Shown: one piece after another, positions 10,345-18,848 of the stretch
Numbering within the stretch: the first letter of the stretch is position 1
How the letters are laid out: each line of letters begins with the position of its first letter
Notes under the pieces: model-generated
Seen by the model: only the letters and a program-made list of their open reading frames with translations
What the model was told of the DNA's origin: nothing
Databases searched by the model: none
Source of the DNA: Candidatus Eiseniibacteriota bacterium
Lineage (GTDB): Bacteria > Eisenbacteria > RBG-16-71-46
DNA length: 64,000 nucleotides
Direction: 5' to 3'
Assembly (NCBI GenBank): GCA_031364845.1
Contig: JANLWX010000156.1
Span: 22,105 to 86,104, forward strand
Position numbers and translations under genes: made by a program

Positions 10345-11676
10345 TCAGCGCACTTCCGCCATCGAGCGCCCCGCCAGCCGGCCCAGCGTCACCGCCATGC
10401 GCTTCGCCTGGCTGCCCAGCGTGCGCAGATCGGCGGTCTCTTCGACGGTGTGGCCGCCCCCGCCCATGAGTCCGACACCGTCCATCGCCATTTCGACATG
10501 CCCTTCGGTGAACGAAACGTCGGCAGCTCCCGCGCGCGCGGGATCGACCGCCGACACGGTACCGAATCCGAGATCCTGGCTCGCACGGTCGAACATCGCG
10601 AGCAGCCGGCGATTGCCCTCTGCCGGTGCAAGCGGTGGATACATGTCGTTGAATCGAAGCTCGGCGCCGCCCTGGGGCAAGTGGGCGGCAGCGATGCGTT
10701 GCATCACGGCCTTGGCCCGTTCGCGCTGTTCGATCGACAGCGCGCGGAGATCGCCGGACACGAGCGTGCTCTCGGCGATCACGTTGTTCTTGCCGAACGC
10801 CGTGCCGCGACCGGAGCGCGATTCGAGCGACGCCGACGTCCCTCCGACGATCACGCCTGGATTGAACGTGAGATACGGTTCGCGCGTGAGCGAATCCCGG
10901 AACGACTGGAGGATGCGAGCGGCCTCGAAGATCGCACCGCTGCCGATGTCGGGACGGAAGATCTGCGACGAGTGCGAAGGCTTGCCTGAGGTTCGCAACG
11001 TCCAGCTCGAGGCACTGCGGCGGCTCACCACCGCCATGCGGGGGTCGCCGGCTCCATCTTCGAAGCCGATCGCGATATCCGCGGCCATTGCCGCCGCCAC
11101 GAGATCGCGGCGCGCGAGTGTGAGCGGTGAGCCGGCGTTTTCTTCGTCCCCGCTCAGCACGACGGTGATCTGCAGCCGATCGAGCGCACCGGTCTCCCTC
11201 AGCGCGCGCAGCGCAAGCAGCATGACGATATTGCCGCCCTTCATGTCGCAGACACCGGGACCTCGGGCCGTGGAGTCGTCGAGGCGCTGGTAGCGCTGGA
11301 ACGGGCTGTCGGGCTCGAACACCGTGTCCAGATGTCCGATCAGCAGGACATGAGGGCCGCGTCCGGGACGCTCGGCGATCAGATGGCCGGCGCGTCCCCA
11401 CTCGGCGCCGTCGGCCCATCGAACGTTGAAGCCGAGCGCCTTGAACTCGGAGCGGAACAGCTGGCCGACTTCCCGTACACCGTCGAAGTTCATGGTGCCG
11501 CTGTTTACGTTGACGGTGCGTTCGAGCAGTGCGAGCGCGTCGGGTGTAGCTCGGTCGACGACGTCGACCATCCGGCGTTCGGCGGCGGAGAGAGAACCTG
11601 CGGCTTCGGCAGTGGAGCCCGTGGAGAGCCCGGCGGCGAGCAGGATCGCGGCGATCCAGTACGGCGATGAATTCAT
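10345..11676 (-). CDS. M20 family metallopeptidase (glutamate carboxypeptidase G2-like), secreted
   Basis: Signal peptide, LIGHLDTVF, GPGVCDMKGG, GDEE, FEDG, GGHTVEE. Confidence 0.92.
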   Translation of the reverse strand: MNSSPYWIAAILLAAGLSTGSTAEAAGSLSAAERRMVDVVDRATPDALALLERTVNVNSGTMNFDGVREVGQLFRSEFKALGFNVRWADGAEWGRAGHLIAERPGRGPHVLLIGHLDTVFEPDSPFQRYQRLDDSTARGPGVCDMKGGNIVMLLALRALRETGALDRLQITVVLSGDEENAGSPLTLARRDLVAAAMAADIAIGFEDGAGDPRMAVVSRRSASSWTLRTSGKPSHSSQIFRPDIGSGAIFEAARILQSFRDSLTREPYLTFNPGVIVGGTSASLESRSGRGTAFGKNNVIAESTLVSGDLRALSIEQRERAKAVMQRIAAAHLPQGGAELRFNDMYPPLAPAEGNRRLLAMFDRASQDLGFGTVSAVDPARAGAADVSFTEGHVEMAMDGVGLMGGGGHTVEETADLRTLGSQAKRMAVTLGRLAGRSMAEVR

Positions 11677-11738
11677 GGAGCGTTCGATGGTCTCAACTCC
11701 ATCTGAAGTCTTCGCCGATTCTCGATTCGCTGACCGCC

Positions 11739-12173
11739 TCAGCGCGCCGATCGCTCGAGAAGGCGCTGCTCGTGCCGATCGCGAACTGCATGCATCAGCG
11801 CGCGTGCCGCGTGAACCAACAACCACGCCTTCACATCGACGATGGAATCTTTGGATTCCCGGTCGCGGTAGGCCGAAACAAAAGCCACTTTCATGACCGA
11901 CGCCGCGCGTGCCTCGTCCAACACACCACATGCGAACCCGTAAATCCGGCCACGGTGCCGCCGAACGATTTCATCGAACGCGCACTCGTCACCGCGACCC
12001 GCAAACCGCATGAGATCCTCGTCGGTGCGCACACGGTACGGGATGGCCGCGATTATTACACGCAACTTCTGTCCGGATCGAGAAATTGCAGGGGACTGGC
12101 TCGGCCCGTTCGAACGACCCGCGGCCACGAGGGACGAATCCTGCTTCAACGTTTTCTTGAGATTGGAGTTCAT
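11739..12173 (-). CDS. ECF sigma-factor region 2-only protein (no region 4)
   Basis: TDEDLM...GDECAFDEIVRRHRGRIYGFA...AFVSAYR...VKAWL resembles sigma70_r2. The ORF ends before any region-4 HTH. Confidence 0.55.
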   Translation of the reverse strand: MNSNLKKTLKQDSSLVAAGRSNGPSQSPAISRSGQKLRVIIAAIPYRVRTDEDLMRFAGRGDECAFDEIVRRHRGRIYGFACGVLDEARAASVMKVAFVSAYRDRESKDSIVDVKAWLLVHAARALMHAVRDRHEQRLLERSAR

Positions 12174-12465
12174 GTTGTCCCTTTGCATGGTGTGTTCGTG
12201 CCGGCGAGGGGCGAGCGGATGCGAGTCTCGATCTGCCGACGATCGTGTTGGACAGAGCGCGATTCATGCCAAGGGTTCCGGTACTGCAAGCATTTGCGGT
12301 GCAACGACTCACGCCTCGCATCTTCGAGTCAGCGTGATGCAAAGTGTGCAAACGTTTGTACGCGCTACACGAATCCCCGAACCGATGATCCGGTTTGCCG
12401 AGAAGGGCAGCCGTGCCCATACTCCACATCGTCCACCACCGAACCGACCCCGAGAGAAAGCGCCC

Positions 12466-13842
12466 ATGATCCGTGCATTGGTGATCGACGACGACACTGA
12501 CTTCAGGACGAGCCTCGCCCACCTCGTGCGCAGCGAGGGCTTCGAAGTCATCGCCGCGGGATCGATGTCGGAGGCGCGCGAGCACATGGGTTCCAGGCCC
12601 GAGCTGATCCTCACGGACCTCGGACTGCCGGACGGCCAGGGCATCGATGTGTTTGGAGACATCGCCGAAGGCTATTCCCCGGACGTCGTGATCGTGACGG
12701 GACAGGCGAGTCTCGACACCGCCGTGCAGGCGCTGCGCAGCGGCGCGCTCGACTACCTCACCAAGCCGGTCGACTTTCCACGGCTCAAGGCGGTGCTCGC
12801 CAATGTCCTGCGAACCCGGGCACTCAAGGAAGAAATCGGTTCTTTGCGTGGCGAACTGCGCAAACTCGGAAGGTTCGGGGGCCTGATCGGGGCCTCGGAG
12901 TCGATGCAGCGCGTCTACGACCACATCAGCAAAGTCGGGCCCACGAGCGCTTCGGTTTTCATCACCGGCGAGAGCGGCACGGGCAAGGAACTCGTCGCGC
13001 AGAACGTTCACGAAATGAGCCGTCGCAAGAAGCAGCTGTTCCTGCCGATCAACTGCGGTGCGATTCAGCCCACGCTCATCGAGAGCGAACTCTTCGGCCA
13101 CGAGCGCGGCAGCTTTACGGGCGCCAACCAGCTCCGGCGCGGGCACTTCGAGCGGGCTTCGGGGGGCACCATGTTCCTCGACGAGATCACCGAGATGCCG
13201 ATTGAACTCCAGGTGAAATTGCTGAGGGTGCTGGAGTCGGGAACGCTGATGCGGCTCGGCGGAAGCGACCTCGTACCGGTCGATGTGCGCGTGATCGCCG
13301 CCACCAACCGGCCGCCGGATCAGGCGGTGGCGGACGGCAAGCTGCGCGCGGACCTCTATTACCGTCTCAACGTGTTTCCGATCTCGATTCCGCCGCTGCG
13401 CGACCGCGGCGCGGACATCATCGTGCTGGCCGAGTACTTTCTCGATCAGCTCAATCGCGCCGAAGGAACTTCGAAACGCCTGAGCCCCGCGGCGCGGGCC
13501 CGGATTTCCACGCACCACTGGCCGGGCAACGTTCGCGAGCTCAAGAACGAGGTCCATCGCGCATACATCCTCGCCGACGAGGTCGTGGAGTTCGAGGGTC
13601 TCGCGCGCGAATCCGGCCCCACAACCGCAGAAGTGGAATCAGGACCCGTCCAGACGATTCGCGTTGGGACCCCGCTCGCGGAAGTCGAACGCAGGCTGAT
13701 CCTCTCGACGCTCGAGTCGTGCGGCGGCGACAAACGCAAGGCGTCGGCGATGCTCGGCATCAGCCTCAAGACGCTCTACAACCGGATCAATCTGTACGCC
13801 GGTGGCGAAGCGCGGGATGCCGAGCCGACCCACGGCGTTTGA
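12466..13842 (+). CDS. Sigma54-dependent NtrC-family response regulator (REC-AAA+-Fis HTH)
   Basis: LVIDDD and LTDLGLPDG receiver motifs, GESGTGKE Walker A, ESELFGHERGSFTGA, FLDEI, WPGNVREL, LGISLKTLYN. Confidence 0.95.
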   Translation: MIRALVIDDDTDFRTSLAHLVRSEGFEVIAAGSMSEAREHMGSRPELILTDLGLPDGQGIDVFGDIAEGYSPDVVIVTGQASLDTAVQALRSGALDYLTKPVDFPRLKAVLANVLRTRALKEEIGSLRGELRKLGRFGGLIGASESMQRVYDHISKVGPTSASVFITGESGTGKELVAQNVHEMSRRKKQLFLPINCGAIQPTLIESELFGHERGSFTGANQLRRGHFERASGGTMFLDEITEMPIELQVKLLRVLESGTLMRLGGSDLVPVDVRVIAATNRPPDQAVADGKLRADLYYRLNVFPISIPPLRDRGADIIVLAEYFLDQLNRAEGTSKRLSPAARARISTHHWPGNVRELKNEVHRAYILADEVVEFEGLARESGPTTAEVESGPVQTIRVGTPLAEVERRLILSTLESCGGDKRKASAMLGISLKTLYNRINLYAGGEARDAEPTHGV

Positions 13843-13866
13843 TTTCGTCTCGGTCAGAGGTCGTGT

Positions 13867-14277
13867 TCAAGCGCTGGTGATGGTCGCCGGACTTTCTCCA
13901 ACGTTCGCGTCGTGCGGGGCGCGGAACGCTTCCAGCTTACCCTCGCGCTGCGAAGGCCCGCGATCGCGAATGCCTTTGGCCGTTCGAGCCGAGACTTCGA
14001 GGATGCTCGAGGCATACTCCCGAACATCGCCCGTTGAGTGGAGACGAATCATTTCGGCGTAGTTGGTGATCGCACCCAACGGCTGCATCATCTCGTGTGA
14101 GACCGAGCGCGCACTGCGTTCCAGTCTCTGGAGCTCGGCACGCATTTCGTCGATCTGCTTGCCGAGCGCCTCGCGCTCCCGCCGCTGCCGCACGCTCGAA
14201 ATCCACAGCGCAGCCACACACGCCGCCAGGGCGAGCCACGCGAGCGGCCGAATCAACGATCCGAAGTCCATCGCCAT
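13867..14277 (-). CDS. Membrane-anchored HisKA(DHp)-only protein
   Basis: GGGAGG RBS, TM helix, coiled coil, H-box SHEMMQPLGAITNYAEMI. No HATPase domain before the stop. Confidence 0.6.
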   Translation of the reverse strand: MAMDFGSLIRPLAWLALAACVAALWISSVRQRREREALGKQIDEMRAELQRLERSARSVSHEMMQPLGAITNYAEMIRLHSTGDVREYASSILEVSARTAKGIRDRGPSQREGKLEAFRAPHDANVGESPATITSA

Positions 14278-14447
14278 CCTCCCCTTCGTGGTCTGCACGC
14301 GCAGATCCTTCGCGGCGAGCGAATTATTGCACAAACTTCACGACGGTCCCTTCATGACACAGACCGGGGCCGGCTCCTGGTCTGAGGAATTGCGTCAAAG
14401 AGTATTCGCGCAACAGCTTGCCGGAAACGTTCAGCCCCCCCCTGTGC

Positions 14448-14463
14448 TGGCACCGAAATGGCT
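14448..14463 (+). promoter_or_regulatory. Putative sigma54 (-24/-12) promoter of the BON gene
   Basis: TGGCACCGAAATGGCT = GG-N10-GC, about 90 nt upstream of the ATG at 14552. Confidence 0.6.
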
Positions 14464-14551
14464 AATTGGATGGATTTGCTCAATTTACGTGGTTCTTCTT
14501 ACAACGGCCACGCTGTGGAAAACCATGTCATGCCGACCTGAAGGCTGGTAC

Positions 14552-15610
14552 ATGACCTCACTCCCGAACCTCACGAGAATTCCCCCACTTCTAGCGGTGT
14601 TCGCCGGCATCGTCACGACCGCGATGATGCTGACGTTTGCCGATGTGACGAGCGCGGCGCCCGATCCCTGGCTGACGGGCATGGTCAAGGTCTCGTTGTT
14701 GTCACAGCTCCCGAGCGGTCTCGGTGTCGATGTCGACACGTTCGATGGGCGTGTGACGCTTCACGGCAAGGTCGGAACCGAACTCGAGCGCCTCGACGCC
14801 GAACGACTCGCGCGCGGCGTGAACGGGGTGCGCGCGGTTCGCAATCTGCTTCAAGTCGTGCCCACCAGCCGCAGAAGTGTCGTCGAGGTTGCCGACGATC
14901 GGCTGACCCAGCGCGTAGCGGTCAAGCTCAAAGGCGATCGGGCACTTTCCAACAGCAGCATCGCGGTCAAGTCGGTGAACGCCGGCGTCGTGCTCCTGCA
15001 CGGTCACGCTCACACGCTCTCCGACCATCTGCGCGCGCTCGAACTCACGTCGCGCGTCCCCGGAGTCCAGCGTGTCGCATCGGAGATCGAGAGCCCCGAA
15101 GCGTTTGCGGACAATGATCTCTGGTACGGCGACGCTCCTCCTCGCGGCACGGCTTCACGCGCGCTTCACGATGCATGGGTCACATCGAGGATCCGCTTGA
15201 AATTGATGGCAGACCCCGAAGTTCCCGCGAACGACATCAGTGTCGACACCGAGAGCGGCCGCGTGACGCTGTTCGGCGTCGTTCCGAGCCTCGCCGCGCG
15301 CGATGCGGCGGCGGCCGCCGCGCGCGGCACCGGGGGCGTGCTGTCCGTGAAGAATGATCTGCGGATCGTCGCTCCCACCGAGCACAGCCGCATCCGGGCC
15401 GAGGATCGTGAGCTCGAGAGCATCGTCCAGTCACGGCTCGTTGCGAGCGGCTTCCCGCAGGGAATCGATGTCGACGTCAAAGCCGGCGTCGGTCGTGTGA
15501 GCGGCAAGGTGAATTCATGGGCCGATCGATACGCGGTGCTCACGGTGGCGAGAAGCACCGAAGGCGTGCGCGCGATTCGCGACGACCTGATCGTGACCGG
15601 AACTCCATAA
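14552..15610 (+). CDS. Multi-BON-domain (OsmY-like) secreted protein, 4 BON domains
   Basis: Signal peptide, then four repeats of the D..I...V...L...I.V....G.V.L.G...A....GV..V.N.L pattern. Confidence 0.9.
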   Translation: MTSLPNLTRIPPLLAVFAGIVTTAMMLTFADVTSAAPDPWLTGMVKVSLLSQLPSGLGVDVDTFDGRVTLHGKVGTELERLDAERLARGVNGVRAVRNLLQVVPTSRRSVVEVADDRLTQRVAVKLKGDRALSNSSIAVKSVNAGVVLLHGHAHTLSDHLRALELTSRVPGVQRVASEIESPEAFADNDLWYGDAPPRGTASRALHDAWVTSRIRLKLMADPEVPANDISVDTESGRVTLFGVVPSLAARDAAAAAARGTGGVLSVKNDLRIVAPTEHSRIRAEDRELESIVQSRLVASGFPQGIDVDVKAGVGRVSGKVNSWADRYAVLTVARSTEGVRAIRDDLIVTGTP

Positions 15611-15644
15611 CAGGATCTGGCCGAAAGAGATAAGGATCGAACCC

Positions 15645-17264
15645 TTGGCATTCGAACGCAACGCGACCCGGCACCTCGACGCCGAAAAGGATGGCCCTGG
15701 CCGCCCCGCGGGGTCGTCCGTACCCGATCCTGCTGTGGCGGAGCGGGCTCTGCGTGAGACCGAGGAACGCCTCGCACTCGCTCTCGAATGCGGGCGCATG
15801 GGAATCTGGGAGTGGGATCTTGCCACCGACCGCGTGGAGTGGTCGCGGAGCCTCGAGAAGATCCATGGCAGTCCCTCGGGCACCTTCGGCGGACGGCTCG
15901 CAGACTTTCGCAGGAGTATCCATCCTGACGACGAGGCCCGTGTCCTCGACACCGTCCGTCAGACCGCCGCCACCGGTGTGCCCTGCCAGGTTCAATACCG
16001 GATCATCGATCCCGAAGGGCGGATCGTGTGGCTCGAGGCCCGCGGCCGCCTGTTGCGCGGAGCCGACGACGAGCCCGAGCGCGTGATGGGCCTGTGCAGT
16101 GACATCACCGAACGCAAGCGCGCCGAAACGGCGTTCGATGAAATCGCCCGGCGCAAGGATGGCTTCCTCGCGCTCCTCGGACACGAACTGCGCAACCCGC
16201 TGGCTCCGATCGTGAACTGCATGCAGGTCATCCGGCAGCCGAGCGCCACTCTCGCGGACATCGAGCACGCTTGGCAGATCATGGAGCGCCAGGTCGGACA
16301 TCTGAGCCGCCTCGTGGACGACCTGCTGGACGTGTCGCGCACGGCGAGCGGCAGGATCGTTCTATCGAAGGAGCGCGTCGACCTCGTGGCGCTCATTCGT
16401 CAGGAGATCGTCCATCATCAGGTGCTGATGCGGGCCAAAGGACTCTCGGTGGTGCAGGAACTCCCCGAGGGTCCGGTCATGATCGATGGAGATCCCACAC
16501 GGATCTCGCAAGTGCTGGGCAACCTCCTGCACAACTCGGCCAAGTTCACCGAGCGCGGAGGCAGCGTGACGATCCAACTGCGTCATGAACCCGACGACGC
16601 CGTACTCATCGTTCGCGACACCGGTGTGGGAATCTCGGCCGACGTTCTGGAGCGCGTTTTCGAACCCTTCAGTCAAGCCGAAGCGGGGCTGGATCGCTCG
16701 CGCGGCGGACTCGGCCTCGGACTCGCCGTGGTCAAGGCAATGGTCGATCTGCACGGGGGAACGGTCGAGGCGCATAGCGAAGGAGACGGCACCGGCTCGG
16801 AATTCACGGTGCGTCTTCCGCTGGCTGCGGGACGTGACGCTGGGGTGGAAATCGAATCGCGTTCACCGGTCGCCGGTCCGCTGCGCATCCTGCTCATCGA
16901 GGACAACCCCGATGCCGCGATGAGCATGCGGCTCATGCTGGAACTGGAGAATCATCAGGTCGCGGTCGCGAACGAAGGCGGTCCCGGGCTCGATCTGGCG
17001 CGCGAATTCACGCCCGATCTCGTGCTGTGCGACATCGGGCTCCCCGGTGCGTGGGACGGTTACGCGGTGGCGCGCGCGTTTCGCGCCGATCCCGCGCTGA
17101 GTTCGATCCCGCTCGTCGCGTTCACCGGCTATGGACAGACCGGGGATCGCGAGCGCTCGCTTGCGGCCGGCTTCGATGCCCATCTCACGAAGCCCGTCCG
17201 CTACGAAACGTTGCGCCGGATGTTCGTCTCTCTGGGGCTGAGGTCGGTGACGCGCCTGCGATGA
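15645..17264 (+). CDS. Hybrid sensor histidine kinase (PAS-HisKA-HATPase-REC)
   Basis: GIWEWD...IHPDD PAS_3, LGHELRNPLAPI, NLLHNSAKFT, DTGVGI, GLGLGL, C-terminal receiver LIEDN...CDIGLP. Confidence 0.95.
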   Translation: MAFERNATRHLDAEKDGPGRPAGSSVPDPAVAERALRETEERLALALECGRMGIWEWDLATDRVEWSRSLEKIHGSPSGTFGGRLADFRRSIHPDDEARVLDTVRQTAATGVPCQVQYRIIDPEGRIVWLEARGRLLRGADDEPERVMGLCSDITERKRAETAFDEIARRKDGFLALLGHELRNPLAPIVNCMQVIRQPSATLADIEHAWQIMERQVGHLSRLVDDLLDVSRTASGRIVLSKERVDLVALIRQEIVHHQVLMRAKGLSVVQELPEGPVMIDGDPTRISQVLGNLLHNSAKFTERGGSVTIQLRHEPDDAVLIVRDTGVGISADVLERVFEPFSQAEAGLDRSRGGLGLGLAVVKAMVDLHGGTVEAHSEGDGTGSEFTVRLPLAAGRDAGVEIESRSPVAGPLRILLIEDNPDAAMSMRLMLELENHQVAVANEGGPGLDLAREFTPDLVLCDIGLPGAWDGYAVARAFRADPALSSIPLVAFTGYGQTGDRERSLAAGFDAHLTKPVRYETLRRMFVSLGLRSVTRLR

Positions 17265-17328
17265 ATCGTGACGGACGGAACGTCACGAAATCGTGTGTAC
17301 AGGACGCCTTCCGAACGTTGTGAGTCGA

Positions 17329-17361
17329 TGTAGCAACTACACTTCGGCTGCAACCGTTACA
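17329..17361. promoter_or_regulatory. Candidate paired enhancer (UAS) palindromes
   Basis: TGTAGCAACTACA (17329-17341) and TGCAACCGTTACA (17349-17361), 20 bp apart, upstream of a sigma54 motif. Confidence 0.45.
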
Positions 17362-17424
17362 GCCTCAGCGCCCTCCAAATCATCGATTCAAGCGCCAACT
17401 CCCCGTGTTTTACCGGATTTCGCG

Positions 17425-17440
17425 TTGGCACGAGAGGTGC
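17425..17440 (+). promoter_or_regulatory. Putative sigma54 promoter of the DUF948-YtxH cluster
   Basis: TTGGCACGAGAGGTGC = GG-N10-GC with the canonical TGGCACG -24 element. Confidence 0.7.
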
Positions 17441-17520
17441 CTTTTGCTCAGCCGTCGCTCACGAATGCGTGAGCAGTTGCCAGAGCCAGAGGATGACACC
17501 CCAGCGAAAAGGAATGTCCT

Positions 17521-17946
17521 ATGCCCGTGTTGATTCAGGCCTGCATCGTCGTTGCGACGATTGCTGTGGTTGCGATCGCAATAGCCGTCGTACGCACCAT
17601 GCTTCGCCTCGATCGGGCAGCGACCGAATTGGGGCGCACGCTGCGCGTCATTCGGGTGAAAGTCGAAGACACGGCCGACGACGTGCGCGGAATGGTTTCC
17701 ACCGTTGAAACGGTCATGCCCCATATCACACGTATCGTCACTCGCTTCGAAAACGTAGGCGAGCAGATTGGATCCGTGGGTGAGCGAACGGTTCGTCTCT
17801 CCCACACCGTGCTGGATGAGATCGAGGCGCCCATCCGCACGGCAGCAGCTCTGGTGAACGGAATCCGGTCGGGATCCTCGCGACTCATGAGGTCCCTCCA
17901 GAACCGGATCGCTCACCGACAGGCGACCTCAAACGGAGGAATGTGA
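17521..17946 (+). CDS. DUF948 (YoxC-like) membrane-anchored coiled-coil protein
   Basis: AAAGGA RBS, N-terminal TM followed by long heptad helices, paired with a YtxH gene. Confidence 0.7.
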   Translation: MPVLIQACIVVATIAVVAIAIAVVRTMLRLDRAATELGRTLRVIRVKVEDTADDVRGMVSTVETVMPHITRIVTRFENVGEQIGSVGERTVRLSHTVLDEIEAPIRTAAALVNGIRSGSSRLMRSLQNRIAHRQATSNGGM

Positions 17947-17948
17947 TC

Positions 17949-18290
17949 ATGAATGATCGTGAGTGGAATGACGTGGCGCGTGGGTCGTCGAATCAGTTCG
18001 CCGGATTCATCGTCGGTCTGGCGGTCGGTGCGGGACTGGCCCTGTTGATGGCTCCTGCGAGCGGCTCGGATACGCGCCGGCGCCTGGGTGAGACCGCCAA
18101 CCGTCTCGGCAAGGATGCTCGTGAAGGCATGGGTCAGGCGCGCGAGAAGATGCACGACCTCGCCGACGATGCGAAGTCGGCGCTCGACAGCGGTCGCAAG
18201 GCGTTCCAGCGCGTGCGCGACGGCGCCGAGACCGCGGCGACCGAATTCGGAGATACGGCCACCAGTTCACGACCCAGTCGAATCGTTTAA
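17949..18290 (+). CDS. YtxH domain protein
   Basis: FIVGLAVGAGLALLMAPASGSDTRRRL signature; GGAGG RBS. Confidence 0.9.
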   Translation: MNDREWNDVARGSSNQFAGFIVGLAVGAGLALLMAPASGSDTRRRLGETANRLGKDAREGMGQAREKMHDLADDAKSALDSGRKAFQRVRDGAETAATEFGDTATSSRPSRIV

Positions 18291-18380
18291 CTCAACCTCC
18301 CGCGATCCCAGATGGGGTCGCGGGTCTCAGCGGCGGCAACACCCGGCAGGGTCTCGAGCCGGCCGCAAAAAGGAGACACC

Positions 18381-18530
18381 ATGCTGTATACGATCGCAGT
18401 CATCCTGGTCGTGATGTGGGTGCTGGGTATGGTCACGTCCTACACGCTTGGCGGACTCGTTCATCTGCTTCTCGCGCTCGCCATCATCTCGGTCCTGGTA
18501 CGCGTCATTCAGGGACGCAGGCCCGTCTGA
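18381..18530 (+). CDS. lmo0937-family small membrane protein
   Basis: AGGAG RBS; MLYTIAVILVVMWVLGMVTSYTLGGLVHLLLALAIISVLVRVIQGRRPV. Confidence 0.9.
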   Translation: MLYTIAVILVVMWVLGMVTSYTLGGLVHLLLALAIISVLVRVIQGRRPV

Positions 18531-18551
18531 TCACCCTTCGCAGGAGTTAGC

Positions 18552-18764
18552 ATGAAACCGCTGGGCATCTTGTTGATCGTGCTGGGTGCGTTGTCGTTCG
18601 TATATGGAGGCATCAGTTACACGCGCCGCGAGAAGGTCGTCGATCTCGGTCCGATCGAGGCTTCCGTGGACAAGAAGGAACGACTGCCGCTTCCCCCGAT
18701 CATCGGTGGAGTCGCACTCGTGGCGGGAGCCTTCATCCTGATGTCGAACCGCAAGTCGGCCTGA
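18552..18764 (+). CDS. DUF3185-like small membrane protein
   Basis: AGGAG RBS; two TM helices flanking YTRREKVVDLGPIEAS...PLPPIIGG. Confidence 0.75.
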   Translation: MKPLGILLIVLGALSFVYGGISYTRREKVVDLGPIEASVDKKERLPLPPIIGGVALVAGAFILMSNRKSA

Positions 18765-18770
18765 AACAGA

Positions 18771-18823
18771 ACGAAACCGGAGGACGCGGAAAGTCCCACA
18801 TTCCGTTGCGCCTCCGGTTTCGT
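18771..18823. terminator. Inverted repeat between convergent genes (putative bidirectional terminator)
   Basis: ACGAAACCGGAGG ... CCTCCGGTTTCGT. Confidence 0.7.
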
Positions 18824-18848
18824 CGTATCCGGAATCGAACCTCGAGGA

